The translations under genes and the position numbers were made by a program. Shown in pieces: positions 27,911 to 36,403 of a stretch of 64,000 nucleotides of DNA. The stretch is from the IMG/VR virus record IMGVR_UViG_3300026484_000065, positions 1 to 64,000 of that record; one strand, given 5' to 3'. The stretch's first letter is position 1, and the number at the start of each line of letters is the position of its first letter. The notes under the pieces were generated by a model. That model did not search any database, was not told where the DNA came from, and saw nothing but the letters and a program-made list of their open reading frames with translations. This stretch comes from a virus.

Positions 27911-28349
27911 TTGTTTCTCCTTGATTGTATAGTTTTAATAGCTCTTCAGCTTCTTTTGTTTCTTTATGAAAAATTAATTTCATCACATATGATTTGAATG
28001 TTTTATCTACTGTTGCGTAGTCTTTGTAGCTTACATTATCAAATGACTTCATTTTATTGATGTAAACAATCATTAGTCTTAATGGGTACTTCAAGTAGGC
28101 TACGGCTTTAACTTTGTCTTTTACAAAATCAATTGTTTTATAGTTGTTGGTAAATATATTTTCTCTTGTAAAACCAAGTGACATATCAAATGAAGGACTA
28201 TAAACTTTGTCTACTTTGTCAAATACGACTCTTTTTGTTTTATGTAATTTTGGATGTTTTGATAATTGTGTTTTTGAAGTTGTATTAAGGATGACTTCTT
28301 TTAGAGTTGCATACTCTAGTCCCGTCATAACTATTTGCTCATTATTCAT
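27903..28349 (-). CDS. Hypothetical protein
   Basis: ORF track; AAGGAG RBS; coupled overlap. Confidence 0.65.
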   Translation of the reverse strand: MNNEQIVMTGLEYATLKEVILNTTSKTQLSKHPKLHKTKRVVFDKVDKVYSPSFDMSLGFTRENIFTNNYKTIDFVKDKVKAVAYLKYPLRLMIVYINKMKSFDNVSYKDYATVDKTFKSYVMKLIFHKETKEAEELLKLYNQGETNE

Positions 28350-29241
28350 TTGTTTCTCCTTTTAATTCTCTTTGTAATCTTTTACCTAATTTGCCCAATA
28401 CATTTAAAGATTCTATAGCCTTGTCTAAATCTTCCAAAGTTATCTGTTTGTTTGATATATCTTCTAAATGCTCATTGATTTGATTGTGTATATTTTTAAA
28501 TTGCATATGGTTCTCTCCCAAGTAGAGTCTGAATACCAATAGCATAGCTATCTGTCCATTTCTGAACGATGTCTTTTTAAAGTCTAAGGTGTCTACTGTT
28601 AGATCTAAGGCTGCATGCACTTTGTTTGCAAATGTTTTATTTGCATCGCTAGTACAAAGTTTTAAATTCCACGTAAACCACAAGGCACTTCTATATCCGC
28701 TATGGTAAAAAACCTTTTTATCCACTTTGCTCAACACTTTACTAATGTAATTGAATTGATCATATCTGTTTCTATGTTCTGTTTCAAGCTGGATATTGAT
28801 GTTTCTATAGTACGTGCTTTTAAAATTAGTTAATCGAAGAATCAAAATACCTTTATTTACTGCATTTAAAAGAATATAGCTTTTATCATCTGTCAAATGT
28901 ATACTTTTTACAAATTCTGCAATATCATCCAGCATACTAGCAAATTGATTGCGCATTACATGAGTTAAAAATACTGTTTCTATTGTAAACGCATACTCAT
29001 CTAATTGTCTTTTACTTAAAACATCAAAAGACATAATCTTTTTAGATATGGTATATTTATGCAAAGCATTGGCCATCAATTTATTCAATAATGTTGCTTT
29101 GTATAGAAGAGGTATTTCTTTGTCGTTATATTCATGTATTTCATTAAACAAAGATTTAACTTTGGGCCTAGTCAAAGGTTCATTGATTTTGTTCTCTAAA
29201 ACTAAATAAACTAATCTATTAACTCTAAATTTCTTTTCCAT
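28342..29241 (-). CDS. Hypothetical protein (299 aa)
   Basis: ORF track; AAGGAG RBS. Confidence 0.7.
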   Translation of the reverse strand: MEKKFRVNRLVYLVLENKINEPLTRPKVKSLFNEIHEYNDKEIPLLYKATLLNKLMANALHKYTISKKIMSFDVLSKRQLDEYAFTIETVFLTHVMRNQFASMLDDIAEFVKSIHLTDDKSYILLNAVNKGILILRLTNFKSTYYRNINIQLETEHRNRYDQFNYISKVLSKVDKKVFYHSGYRSALWFTWNLKLCTSDANKTFANKVHAALDLTVDTLDFKKTSFRNGQIAMLLVFRLYLGENHMQFKNIHNQINEHLEDISNKQITLEDLDKAIESLNVLGKLGKRLQRELKGETNE

Positions 29242-29348
29242 TTGTTTCTCCTTAAAATTTTTATTGTCTTACATAGGACTCCAGCTAATACATCTGTATT
29301 GCTTTGCTTCAGCTTTTAACGTTAATCCAGCTTGGACGTATGATTAAG

Positions 29349-29939
29349 CTACATCAGCTTATTGAGCTTCTTCAGTGCCCTAAATATTTCAACTCTCGTT
29401 TTTTTATCACGTAATTCTTTTTTGTCCATAGACTTCATTGCTATCACAATGTTTTGATATCTATGTATAATATCTTTGTCTTTATGGGTATCAAATATAA
29501 ATAAGTTAATCTTTCTGTTGCTTACATCATAATAAATTAACAATTCTATGATATTGCGCCATTCTTTTCCTATTTTATCGTTGTTAATATTTTCATCTTT
29601 TGAATTAATTAAATCCACTATCAATATCTCTGATGGCACATTAGCAATAGTTACAGACTTTTTTAAACTATGTGAAATAGCAGCAATTGAACCATAGGTA
29701 TCCTTGTGTTGAACAGTATGATTTAAAATCTTGTTTTCTTTAGCATACTCTTTTATTATTGCTCTGCCATTGTTTAGAAAGTCATATTTGGTTACATTAT
29801 TAGACAATAATTTGCTAACATCATCACGACTTATTACAATATCGTAACCACTACTTTCAATCTCAACGCCAAGCGCTCTGCTTCCTATTAGTTCTCCACC
29901 GTTTGATAATAATTTTTCTACTGTCATCCTAGCTCCCAT
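29349..29939 (-). CDS. Pol-beta-superfamily nucleotidyltransferase-like protein (degenerate)
   Basis: LIGSRALGVEIESSGYDIVI resembles the GS...SDxD signature with the first Asp replaced by Gly. Confidence 0.5.
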   Translation of the reverse strand: MGARMTVEKLLSNGGELIGSRALGVEIESSGYDIVISRDDVSKLLSNNVTKYDFLNNGRAIIKEYAKENKILNHTVQHKDTYGSIAAISHSLKKSVTIANVPSEILIVDLINSKDENINNDKIGKEWRNIIELLIYYDVSNRKINLFIFDTHKDKDIIHRYQNIVIAMKSMDKKELRDKKTRVEIFRALKKLNKLM

Positions 29940-30130
29940 AATGCTTCACACAATTCACTTGGTTCAAAGTACCAACCATATGCATTTAATTGTTTATGCA
30001 ATCTCTTAATATCTTCAACTACAGTTAAAGCATTAAGCTCTTCCAGAGCAAATCCAAGTTCACCACGAAGACGTTTCTCGTAATCATATTCTTGTTTTAC
30101 TTGGTACTCTTTTTCTTCTTTACAATCCAT
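29924..30130 (-). CDS. Hypothetical protein (68 aa)
   Basis: ORF track; AAGGAG RBS. Confidence 0.6.
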   Translation of the reverse strand: MDCKEEKEYQVKQEYDYEKRLRGELGFALEELNALTVVEDIKRLHKQLNAYGWYFEPSELCEALWELG

Positions 30131-30491
30131 TTGAATTCTCCTTGTCTGCTACATTTAATAGAAATAACAACTTGTTTCTATCCATACCACTTAGTTTGTC
30201 AGCAATGTCTTTAGCATCTTGTCTATTTGCACTTTCTCGGACATTAAGTAGGCAAAGAAAACATCTACTATCTTCGCAAGTAGCATTAAAGCATGATACT
30301 CTATCGTCTATAAACAATGAAGCAATTCCGATTTCTACCTTACTATTTTTCATTGGAACAAGCAATCTGTTTTGTGCTTCCTCTGTAAACCTTAGATGAA
30401 GATGTCTATTATTCTTCTGCAACAAAATGCCGTTTATTAGACCATTATTATTTTTTACTGGTTTTATATCAAACCCATCCACTTGCAACAT
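30120..30491 (-). CDS. Cys-cluster paralog family member A
   Basis: CFNATCEDSRCFLCLL...KLLFLL shared with 31812 and 33052 ORFs. Confidence 0.65.
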   Translation of the reverse strand: MLQVDGFDIKPVKNNNGLINGILLQKNNRHLHLRFTEEAQNRLLVPMKNSKVEIGIASLFIDDRVSCFNATCEDSRCFLCLLNVRESANRQDAKDIADKLSGMDRNKLLFLLNVADKENSNGL

Positions 30492-30520
30492 TCTTTACTC
30501 CTTAATATTGTGTTGACACA

Positions 30521-30826
30521 AGATGCCTTACTAGAGAAGTATAAGCTACTAATATAAATTATCTTAGTTGTAAATTATGAAAATAATTACATTTATATTC
30601 AGCAAGAGTGTTCATCATATAGGATTTTGGTTGAATAAATAGTTGCCTCAAAAACTTTTAAGAAAGGAGCTTTGTTTTCTAAGACCGTACACATAACAAA
30701 ATTGAAAAGGTAAAAAAATTATATGATTATTTTAATTACCTATATGATTACTAACCCAAATGAAAACTCTTTTTATTCTTATTAGGAATATTATATTTTC
30801 ACTTATACTTCTCAAATAAGACATCT
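30521..30826 (-). ncRNA. Putative structured noncoding RNA closed by a 25-bp imperfect stem
   Basis: AGATGCCTTACTAGAGAAGTATAAG (30521-45) pairs with CTTATACTTCTCAAATAAGACATCT (30802-26); no ORF in the ORF track. Confidence 0.45.
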
Positions 30827-30835
30827 TTATATGTC

Positions 30836-31075
30836 TCACATGTGTTTTAAAACTATTTTAGGTAATACTTTAGCTTCAGCTTTAAATTTGCACGCCATTA
30901 TGTCTTTGTACTTTGAGCACGCAAGTATATTTAGTACCAACCTATGTATAGTTGTATCTGATAGAAAACCAAACTTTAACTCAGTAAAAAACAAATTGTT
31001 GTAATACTTTATTAATTTTTTGTATTTTCTATATGTCATATACTTTACGTATAAACGCTTTAACTTGTTAAACAT
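30836..31075 (-). CDS. Hypothetical basic protein (79 aa)
   Basis: ORF track; AAGGA RBS. Confidence 0.55.
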   Translation of the reverse strand: MFNKLKRLYVKYMTYRKYKKLIKYYNNLFFTELKFGFLSDTTIHRLVLNILACSKYKDIMACKFKAEAKVLPKIVLKHM

Positions 31076-31103
31076 ATAAATTCCTTTGTAGATTTAATTA
31101 ATG

Positions 31104-31326
31104 CCTTCTGTGGTACTTATAATGTCATATGCAATAGCTCGTCAATACTGCACATGTAAAAGATTATACTGTCAAAAATAAGGAAAATACTATGTCAAAA
31201 AAATTCACATCTAAAGGTCGCATGAAAAAAAAATGTAAATATAAAGCAACACAGAAGGACTTACATAACCAAGCTATAAGCTATAGGGAAATATAGTGGC
31301 AACAAATAAAAACTATAGCTTTGTAA
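31104..31326 (-). ncRNA. Putative structured noncoding RNA (two stem-closed domains)
   Basis: CCTTCTGTG/CACAGAAGG and AAGCTATAG/CTATAGCTT stems; loops carry opposite-strand RBS+start motifs. Confidence 0.45.
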
Positions 31327-31330
31327 CTCT

Positions 31331-31358
31331 TAAGCAGTTTAATGACGTACTTAGGTCA
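31331..31358 (-). ncRNA. Compact H-type pseudoknot
   Basis: UGAC-C-UAAGUA-C-GUCA-UUAAAC-UGCUUA; covaries with the copy at 41250. Confidence 0.6.
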
Positions 31359-31363
31359 AACAT

Positions 31364-31807
31364 CTATGAAACTAATTCATCTACAGCTTTATCTATATTA
31401 GATATTAGGTTTTTAGCTACAAGTCTTGTATCTTCAATAGCTTGTTTTGGTACTGCCTCATTATGAAGCTTAGTTGATGCAGCTAGAAATATATCTATCT
31501 CTTTTTGATTGAATATATCTTCTGTATCGAGTGCCAAACATTCAATCAATTCACCTGCAGCTAACATTAAAGATTCATCTTTCTCTTTAAAACTAACACT
31601 ATCTTTCCATAATCTATTAGTTAATTCTTGCAACTCTTTATATTCTGTACCTAGCACATTAACAATATCATTATCATTCATGCTTGTTGTAAGCTGTTTA
31701 GCTTTGATATATGAACCTTTTGTTTTATATTTCTTGCTTACCATATCATCTAATATAAATAGTATATAGGTTGAATATAGTACTCTCTTTAACTGCTTAC
31801 TTCTCAT
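31364..31807 (-). CDS. Hypothetical protein
   Basis: ORF track; AAGGAG RBS. Confidence 0.65.
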   Translation of the reverse strand: MRSKQLKRVLYSTYILFILDDMVSKKYKTKGSYIKAKQLTTSMNDNDIVNVLGTEYKELQELTNRLWKDSVSFKEKDESLMLAAGELIECLALDTEDIFNQKEIDIFLAASTKLHNEAVPKQAIEDTRLVAKNLISNIDKAVDELVS

Positions 31808-31811
31808 CTCC

Positions 31812-32219
31812 TTACTCCTTAATACTTTTCTCTGCTTTTAATATGAAATAATATTTATTTAATGGAATTGTATTTAGTATGTCTCTTAGCTCTCTCACGT
31901 TTTGTTCTTCTTTGTAAATAGCACTACTGAGAAGACACACATCTCTAACTACTCCTGCACATACCATATTGACGCATTCTAGTTTATTGCTCAATTTGTC
32001 TTTAATGATTATATCTGAGTACCTTGTATCTAAAAGTCTTTTAATCTTAAAAGGATTATATTCTTCAGCGATTGGTATTCCTATATAATTTAAGTCTTTT
32101 CTATTCCCTAACCAAAGTATTATCACCTCTACCCCATCCACTTCTTCTAAAACAATATTTATATTATCTTTCAGCAACATCTCCTTGCCCATCATAAATT
32201 CCTTTTGAATCCTTGACAT
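31812..32219 (-). CDS. Cys-cluster paralog family member B (start probably MMGKE)
   Basis: CVNMVCAGVVRDVCLL...KYYFIL. Confidence 0.6.
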   Translation of the reverse strand: MSRIQKEFMMGKEMLLKDNINIVLEEVDGVEVIILWLGNRKDLNYIGIPIAEEYNPFKIKRLLDTRYSDIIIKDKLSNKLECVNMVCAGVVRDVCLLSSAIYKEEQNVRELRDILNTIPLNKYYFILKAEKSIKE

Positions 32220-32530
32220 CCAATAACAGCACCATCTTTATCTCTAATAACATTGCCTGGACATACAATATCATCTCTTTTGTCTTGTAGGTACTTCATT
32301 ACCAATGCAGAGACTATATAAATGGTTCCTTCTTCTTTTTCAGGCATATTCACTATTAATTTTAATTTAGATTCATATACCCCTATGCCTAGATTATTTA
32401 ATGGATGTTCTACTATTTCATTAGATTCCATGATTGCTCTTGCAACCTTTCCAGATTGCTGGAATCTAAGTCCTGTATTTACATCATGTACTTCATGAGG
32501 TGTTACATTTACTATTTTAACTTTACCCAT
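32192..32530 (-). CDS. Conserved phage protein
   Basis: NVTPH...IVSALV...RDD...RDKDGAVIGCQGF pattern recognised from uncharacterised phage proteins. Confidence 0.7.
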   Translation of the reverse strand: MGKVKIVNVTPHEVHDVNTGLRFQQSGKVARAIMESNEIVEHPLNNLGIGVYESKLKLIVNMPEKEEGTIYIVSALVMKYLQDKRDDIVCPGNVIRDKDGAVIGCQGFKRNL

Positions 32531-32532
32531 AT

Positions 32533-32886
32533 CTACTCCTTTAATCTATAGATATACTTTATGGCTTCTTCTAGATTATCAAATGATTTCTTTGCTTTAA
32601 CTAGTAAAGTACCCTTAATGCCTTTAACTCTATAACCGACACTATCTTTATTTAGTACCACATCTAATCTAACCCCATGATTAAAGTAAGCATATCCATC
32701 AATAACAATATTAACTGTCTTAGCTTTCTTTACTAATGTTGATTGTTTGGTACTATGTAGTTCACCTTTAATCTTCTTGATGAGATTATATTGTTGCATT
32801 CCAACGACTGTTTGAACAACTACCTTACCTTTGTTATCAAGTAAATCATATATCTCATAAACTTTCTCTTCTCCTATCTTGAACAT
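32533..32886 (-). CDS. Hypothetical protein
   Basis: ORF track; AAGGAG RBS. Confidence 0.65.
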   Translation of the reverse strand: MFKIGEEKVYEIYDLLDNKGKVVVQTVVGMQQYNLIKKIKGELHSTKQSTLVKKAKTVNIVIDGYAYFNHGVRLDVVLNKDSVGYRVKGIKGTLLVKAKKSFDNLEEAIKYIYRLKE

Positions 32887-32901
32887 ATTTACTCCTTAAT
32901 A

Positions 32902-33051
32902 TTATTTAGCTAGTCTCTTTTTTAATCTTCTAAATTCTCTACTTAATAAGAATAACTTTGTATTGGTACTCTCTAATTTATATTTAGTTAGTACCCAACC
33001 TAATAATGTAACCAAATTAGTTACAACTAATACCTCATCTATTAATGTCAT
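32902..33051 (-). CDS. Small membrane-anchored basic protein (49 aa)
   Basis: Manually translated MTLIDEVLVVTNLVTLLGWVLTKYK...; AAGGAG RBS. Confidence 0.5.
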   Translation of the reverse strand: MTLIDEVLVVTNLVTLLGWVLTKYKLESTNTKLFLLSREFRRLKKRLAK

Positions 33052-33495
33052 CTATTTCTCCTTTTGTGCATATAATTTAATCATAAACAATAGCTTGCCT
33101 ATTAATTCATCTGTAGCCCAGCTACGGTTGTTTTTATTATCTCCTATACACATTTCGCACGTAATGCCGCTACATGCTAAATAAACATCCGACACCTCAT
33201 AAGATATATTGCATAACGGAATGTCTTTGTATATTTTTTCAATCTTGTCAATGGCTGTATAGATATCTTCAGAAACATATAGAATGGGTGCTTTCTTTTT
33301 AAAATTACTGCTTTCCGCTAACAATCGCATTATTGCATTTTCTATATCTTTTGCTTCGGAAAAAAAATCATCTTTTGGAATTTCATCTGCTTCTACCTGA
33401 ACAACAATAAGACCATAATCATTTAATATTTCTATAGTATAGATTTTTTCCACTTTGTCTATGTCTATATCACTTGCGTCTATTTCTTCAATCAT
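33052..33495 (-). CDS. Cys-cluster paralog family member C
   Basis: LACSGITCEMCIG...KLLFMIKL. Confidence 0.6.
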   Translation of the reverse strand: MIEEIDASDIDIDKVEKIYTIEILNDYGLIVVQVEADEIPKDDFFSEAKDIENAIMRLLAESSNFKKKAPILYVSEDIYTAIDKIEKIYKDIPLCNISYEVSDVYLACSGITCEMCIGDNKNNRSWATDELIGKLLFMIKLYAQKEK

Positions 33496-33801
33496 CTAGT
33501 TCCCCTTTAGTTTTTCCTCTATAACATCTAATTCTTTTAATGTCTTATTGAATAGATTAATTCTATGGACAACACTTCCACTTCTATCTGATTTATATAA
33601 TTTGTCAAGATAGAACTCCACAGCTTCTCTTATAAGCTTTGTGTCCAATATTCTTAAGGCTCTTGTGTACCCATTTTTATCTACAATTGTTTTGTATTTT
33701 GGTTCTAAATGATTAAGATAGTTATAGTCATATCTAAGCAACTTATTAAATAGAACTTCCTTTAACCCTTTATCTCTAAAATCCTGTCTTGTGAATTCCA
33801 T
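33496..33801 (-). CDS. Hypothetical protein
   Basis: ORF track; AAGGAG RBS. Confidence 0.65.
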   Translation of the reverse strand: MEFTRQDFRDKGLKEVLFNKLLRYDYNYLNHLEPKYKTIVDKNGYTRALRILDTKLIREAVEFYLDKLYKSDRSGSVVHRINLFNKTLKELDVIEEKLKGN

Positions 33802-33893
33802 TCTCTACTCCTTAAAATTTGTACCAACATATACATAAAGATATATAAGTTATATTGGTACTGTTTGACTTTATTAAACCATCTCTTTACTCA

Positions 33894-34628
33894 TCATCTT
33901 CGACGGAATTTAAAATTGGCCAGATCGCCAAGCATATTTAATAATAAAAGATCATTTGTTAAACCAAGTGATTTTCTTGTATTTAACTGTTCGTAGAACC
34001 AATCTTTTCCTGCTTGTGTTTTTATCTTTGCATTTACATCGTATCCATATTCTTCTTTTGGCTTCTTGACTTTCTCTTCCAGTCTTTTAAGATGTGCATA
34101 TACAGCAGATACTTTAGAAGATGCAACCTCTTTTCCATCTTTGTTCACTATCTCTACAGCCATACCGTCAAATAAAGCCTGTGCAATGAATTTATCATGT
34201 TCCCAGATATATTTAGCATTTTTAAACAAGCCTTCGCTTATGGACCAGCTAGCAGCTATATCAGATGCTTTTCTGTTATCTATCTTGTCTATTTTTGATT
34301 TTGCACCAGACATTGCTTTTTGAGTTATAGTAAGATTTCTTCTTGTGTTTACTGATTTAACAAAAGCAATAACTTCTTTTTCTGTTAAGTCCTCATCTAA
34401 TTCCTTATAATCTATTGACCATCCAAGAGATTCGAGTGCTTTTAATCTACATCTACCATCTACGACTTTCCCTCTCCACAGAACTATAGGTTCTCTTTGT
34501 TGGTTCAATCTTATATCTTCTGTTAATGCAGCCTGTTCTTCTGGTGTAGCCATAGGAACTAATCCTGCAAGTTCGTGGTTTATAATGAACTTTTCTTCAT
34601 TTGGCAATCTCTTTTTTATAATATTCAT
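33894..34628 (-). CDS. ParB-like protein 2 (ParB/Srx N-domain + HTH)
   Basis: HELAGLVPM..LTEDIRLNQQREPIVLW..VVDGRCRLKA, NTRRNLTITQKA. Confidence 0.85.
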   Translation of the reverse strand: MNIIKKRLPNEEKFIINHELAGLVPMATPEEQAALTEDIRLNQQREPIVLWRGKVVDGRCRLKALESLGWSIDYKELDEDLTEKEVIAFVKSVNTRRNLTITQKAMSGAKSKIDKIDNRKASDIAASWSISEGLFKNAKYIWEHDKFIAQALFDGMAVEIVNKDGKEVASSKVSAVYAHLKRLEEKVKKPKEEYGYDVNAKIKTQAGKDWFYEQLNTRKSLGLTNDLLLLNMLGDLANFKFRRR

Positions 34629-34709
34629 TAAAAAGATCCTTTTTTGTTTGTTTTTATAACAAAAACTATATAGTTTTATGTCTTAACATCATCTTAATCT
34701 CCAGAAAAA

Positions 34710-34835
34710 CTAGACATTTTTAAGATATACGTAAGTCTAATTAGACAAAAATGTCTAATTTTTTTAATATTTTTTTTGATTTCTAAGTATGTCAGACAAA
34801 ACATACTTTATATATTTCTATTATGTTTTGTCCGA
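34710..34835. repeat. TAGAC/GTCTA palindromic operator-like cluster upstream of ParB-like gene 2
   Basis: TTAGACA-aaaa-TGTCTAA (34741-58), GTCTAATTAGAC, extra TAGACA and TGTCAGACA half-sites. Confidence 0.55.
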
Positions 34836-34880
34836 TTTAGTATTTCTTAATCAAAACTTAAACCATCTCTCTCTTCTTCT

Positions 34881-35040
34881 CTACCCCTCTTCGTGGAGCT
34901 GGTTCCAGTGCGAGCGCACGGAAGAAACAAAGACAAGTCACAAGCCTTGTCTGCGTAGCAGAAAAAATCCGTAGGATTTTTGGTTGGGAGCTTGTCTTTT
35001 TTCTGAGTACGATTGCTCTGGATAAAGTTCCACAGAAAGA
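34881..35040 (+). other. Long branched hairpin element E3
   Basis: CTACCCC flank; GTGGAGCT/AGTTCCAC, TCCAG/CTGGA and AAAGACAAG/CTTGTCTTT stems; TCTGC-GTA-GCAGA and AAAATCC-GTA-GGATTTT mini-hairpins. Confidence 0.55.
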
Positions 35041-35065
35041 AATGACTTTAGATTGAAAAACCTTT

Positions 35066-35254
35066 TTATTCCTCGCTTGAAATAGAACCTAAATAAAACA
35101 ACATTAAATCAGCTCCTAAATTTATATGCACAAGAAAAATACGGATAGCATTATCTCTGTGATACATAAGAGTATCTATTGCAAATAAATGAGCTAATAT
35201 AAAAAATGTTGCAAGAACAACAAATATCCATATGGAGTAGCTTTCCATTTTCAT
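35066..35254 (-). CDS. Small two-TM membrane protein
   Basis: ORF track; two hydrophobic segments. Confidence 0.55.
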   Translation of the reverse strand: MKMESYSIWIFVVLATFFILAHLFAIDTLMYHRDNAIRIFLVHINLGADLMLFYLGSISSEE

Positions 35255-35412
35255 TTTATTTCCCCTATATAAATTTTTATCTCCAATACATCTAAATGTA
35301 CCAATAAAGATATATCTTCATGATTTGATACCTTAGAATTAATTCTATAACCTATCAATTAGTACCAACAATATCATTCTATAAAGAGTAGTTATGTTTG
35401 GTACTCAATCAA

Positions 35413-36198
35413 TTATAATTTAGTTCTGGTATCATCAAGTCTAGTTCTTATTAAATCCATAAGCCAATCAATATCATCAACAAACATTTTTACGAATTTA
35501 TTGTCAAATCCATGTTTGTGAAATATGTACCCAGCAAGAAGTTTGTAGGTATATCTATATAGCTCTTTCTTTTCAATTTGTTTTGCTTGAACCAAATCTC
35601 GAACATAATAGAAGATTATTTCATTTACAATAACTATATTGCTAATTTCATCACCTGTATTATAAAACATCAATTTATCGTGATACTCTTTATGAGGACT
35701 ATAATACATATCATAAATTATTTGCGGTTCTTTTATCTTATTGCTAAATACCAATAAATCTTCTATAGCTTTAGTTTCCCATCTATCAATCAAATTTGTA
35801 ATATTATCTATGCCAATATTATCTATGCTCTGTAGAGTACTAGTATCAAACTCATAGTCAAGTAGTTTTAAATAAATATCATACAGAACATCTCTTGGCA
35901 CATAATTCTCTCTCAGGAGCTTTATTTGGTCATCTGAAAGACTTTTATAATTCAATATAAATTTGTTATACAAAACTATAAAATATCTAAAAAACTTTTT
36001 AGTTAAGAAATTTGTTTTCTTTATTTCATTTGTTCTTTTAAAAAGAGAATATATCCCTATAAATACATTAGCTTGGATTTTATAATCTCCATATTTGTAT
36101 CTAAAAGAATATAATTCATCCGCCATAATCTCAAAATCTTTTATCGCTTCCATCTCATCAACTTTTGCTACAAAAGATAATAACTGTATTCCATTCAT
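35413..36198 (-). CDS. Hypothetical protein, tandem paralog 1
   Basis: Shares QIKLLxENYVxRD and DLLVFSNKIKEPQIIYDMYY with 36404..37168. Confidence 0.75.
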   Translation of the reverse strand: MNGIQLLSFVAKVDEMEAIKDFEIMADELYSFRYKYGDYKIQANVFIGIYSLFKRTNEIKKTNFLTKKFFRYFIVLYNKFILNYKSLSDDQIKLLRENYVPRDVLYDIYLKLLDYEFDTSTLQSIDNIGIDNITNLIDRWETKAIEDLLVFSNKIKEPQIIYDMYYSPHKEYHDKLMFYNTGDEISNIVIVNEIIFYYVRDLVQAKQIEKKELYRYTYKLLAGYIFHKHGFDNKFVKMFVDDIDWLMDLIRTRLDDTRTKL

Positions 36199-36403
36199 AA
36201 TCTACTCCTTTGGATTGTTTGTTTGGTACTTAATTAGAATAACCCATATCTTCTCTACAAGAGAACTTTGTACCAATACAATAAAAACATATGTATAGAG
36301 ATATATCTTTGCTGTTTTGATACTTAAGAATTAATTTAATAAGGTATAGATAATCTAGTACCAAACAATACAGATAGGTTAGTTTTGTTTGGTACTAGAT
36401 TAA

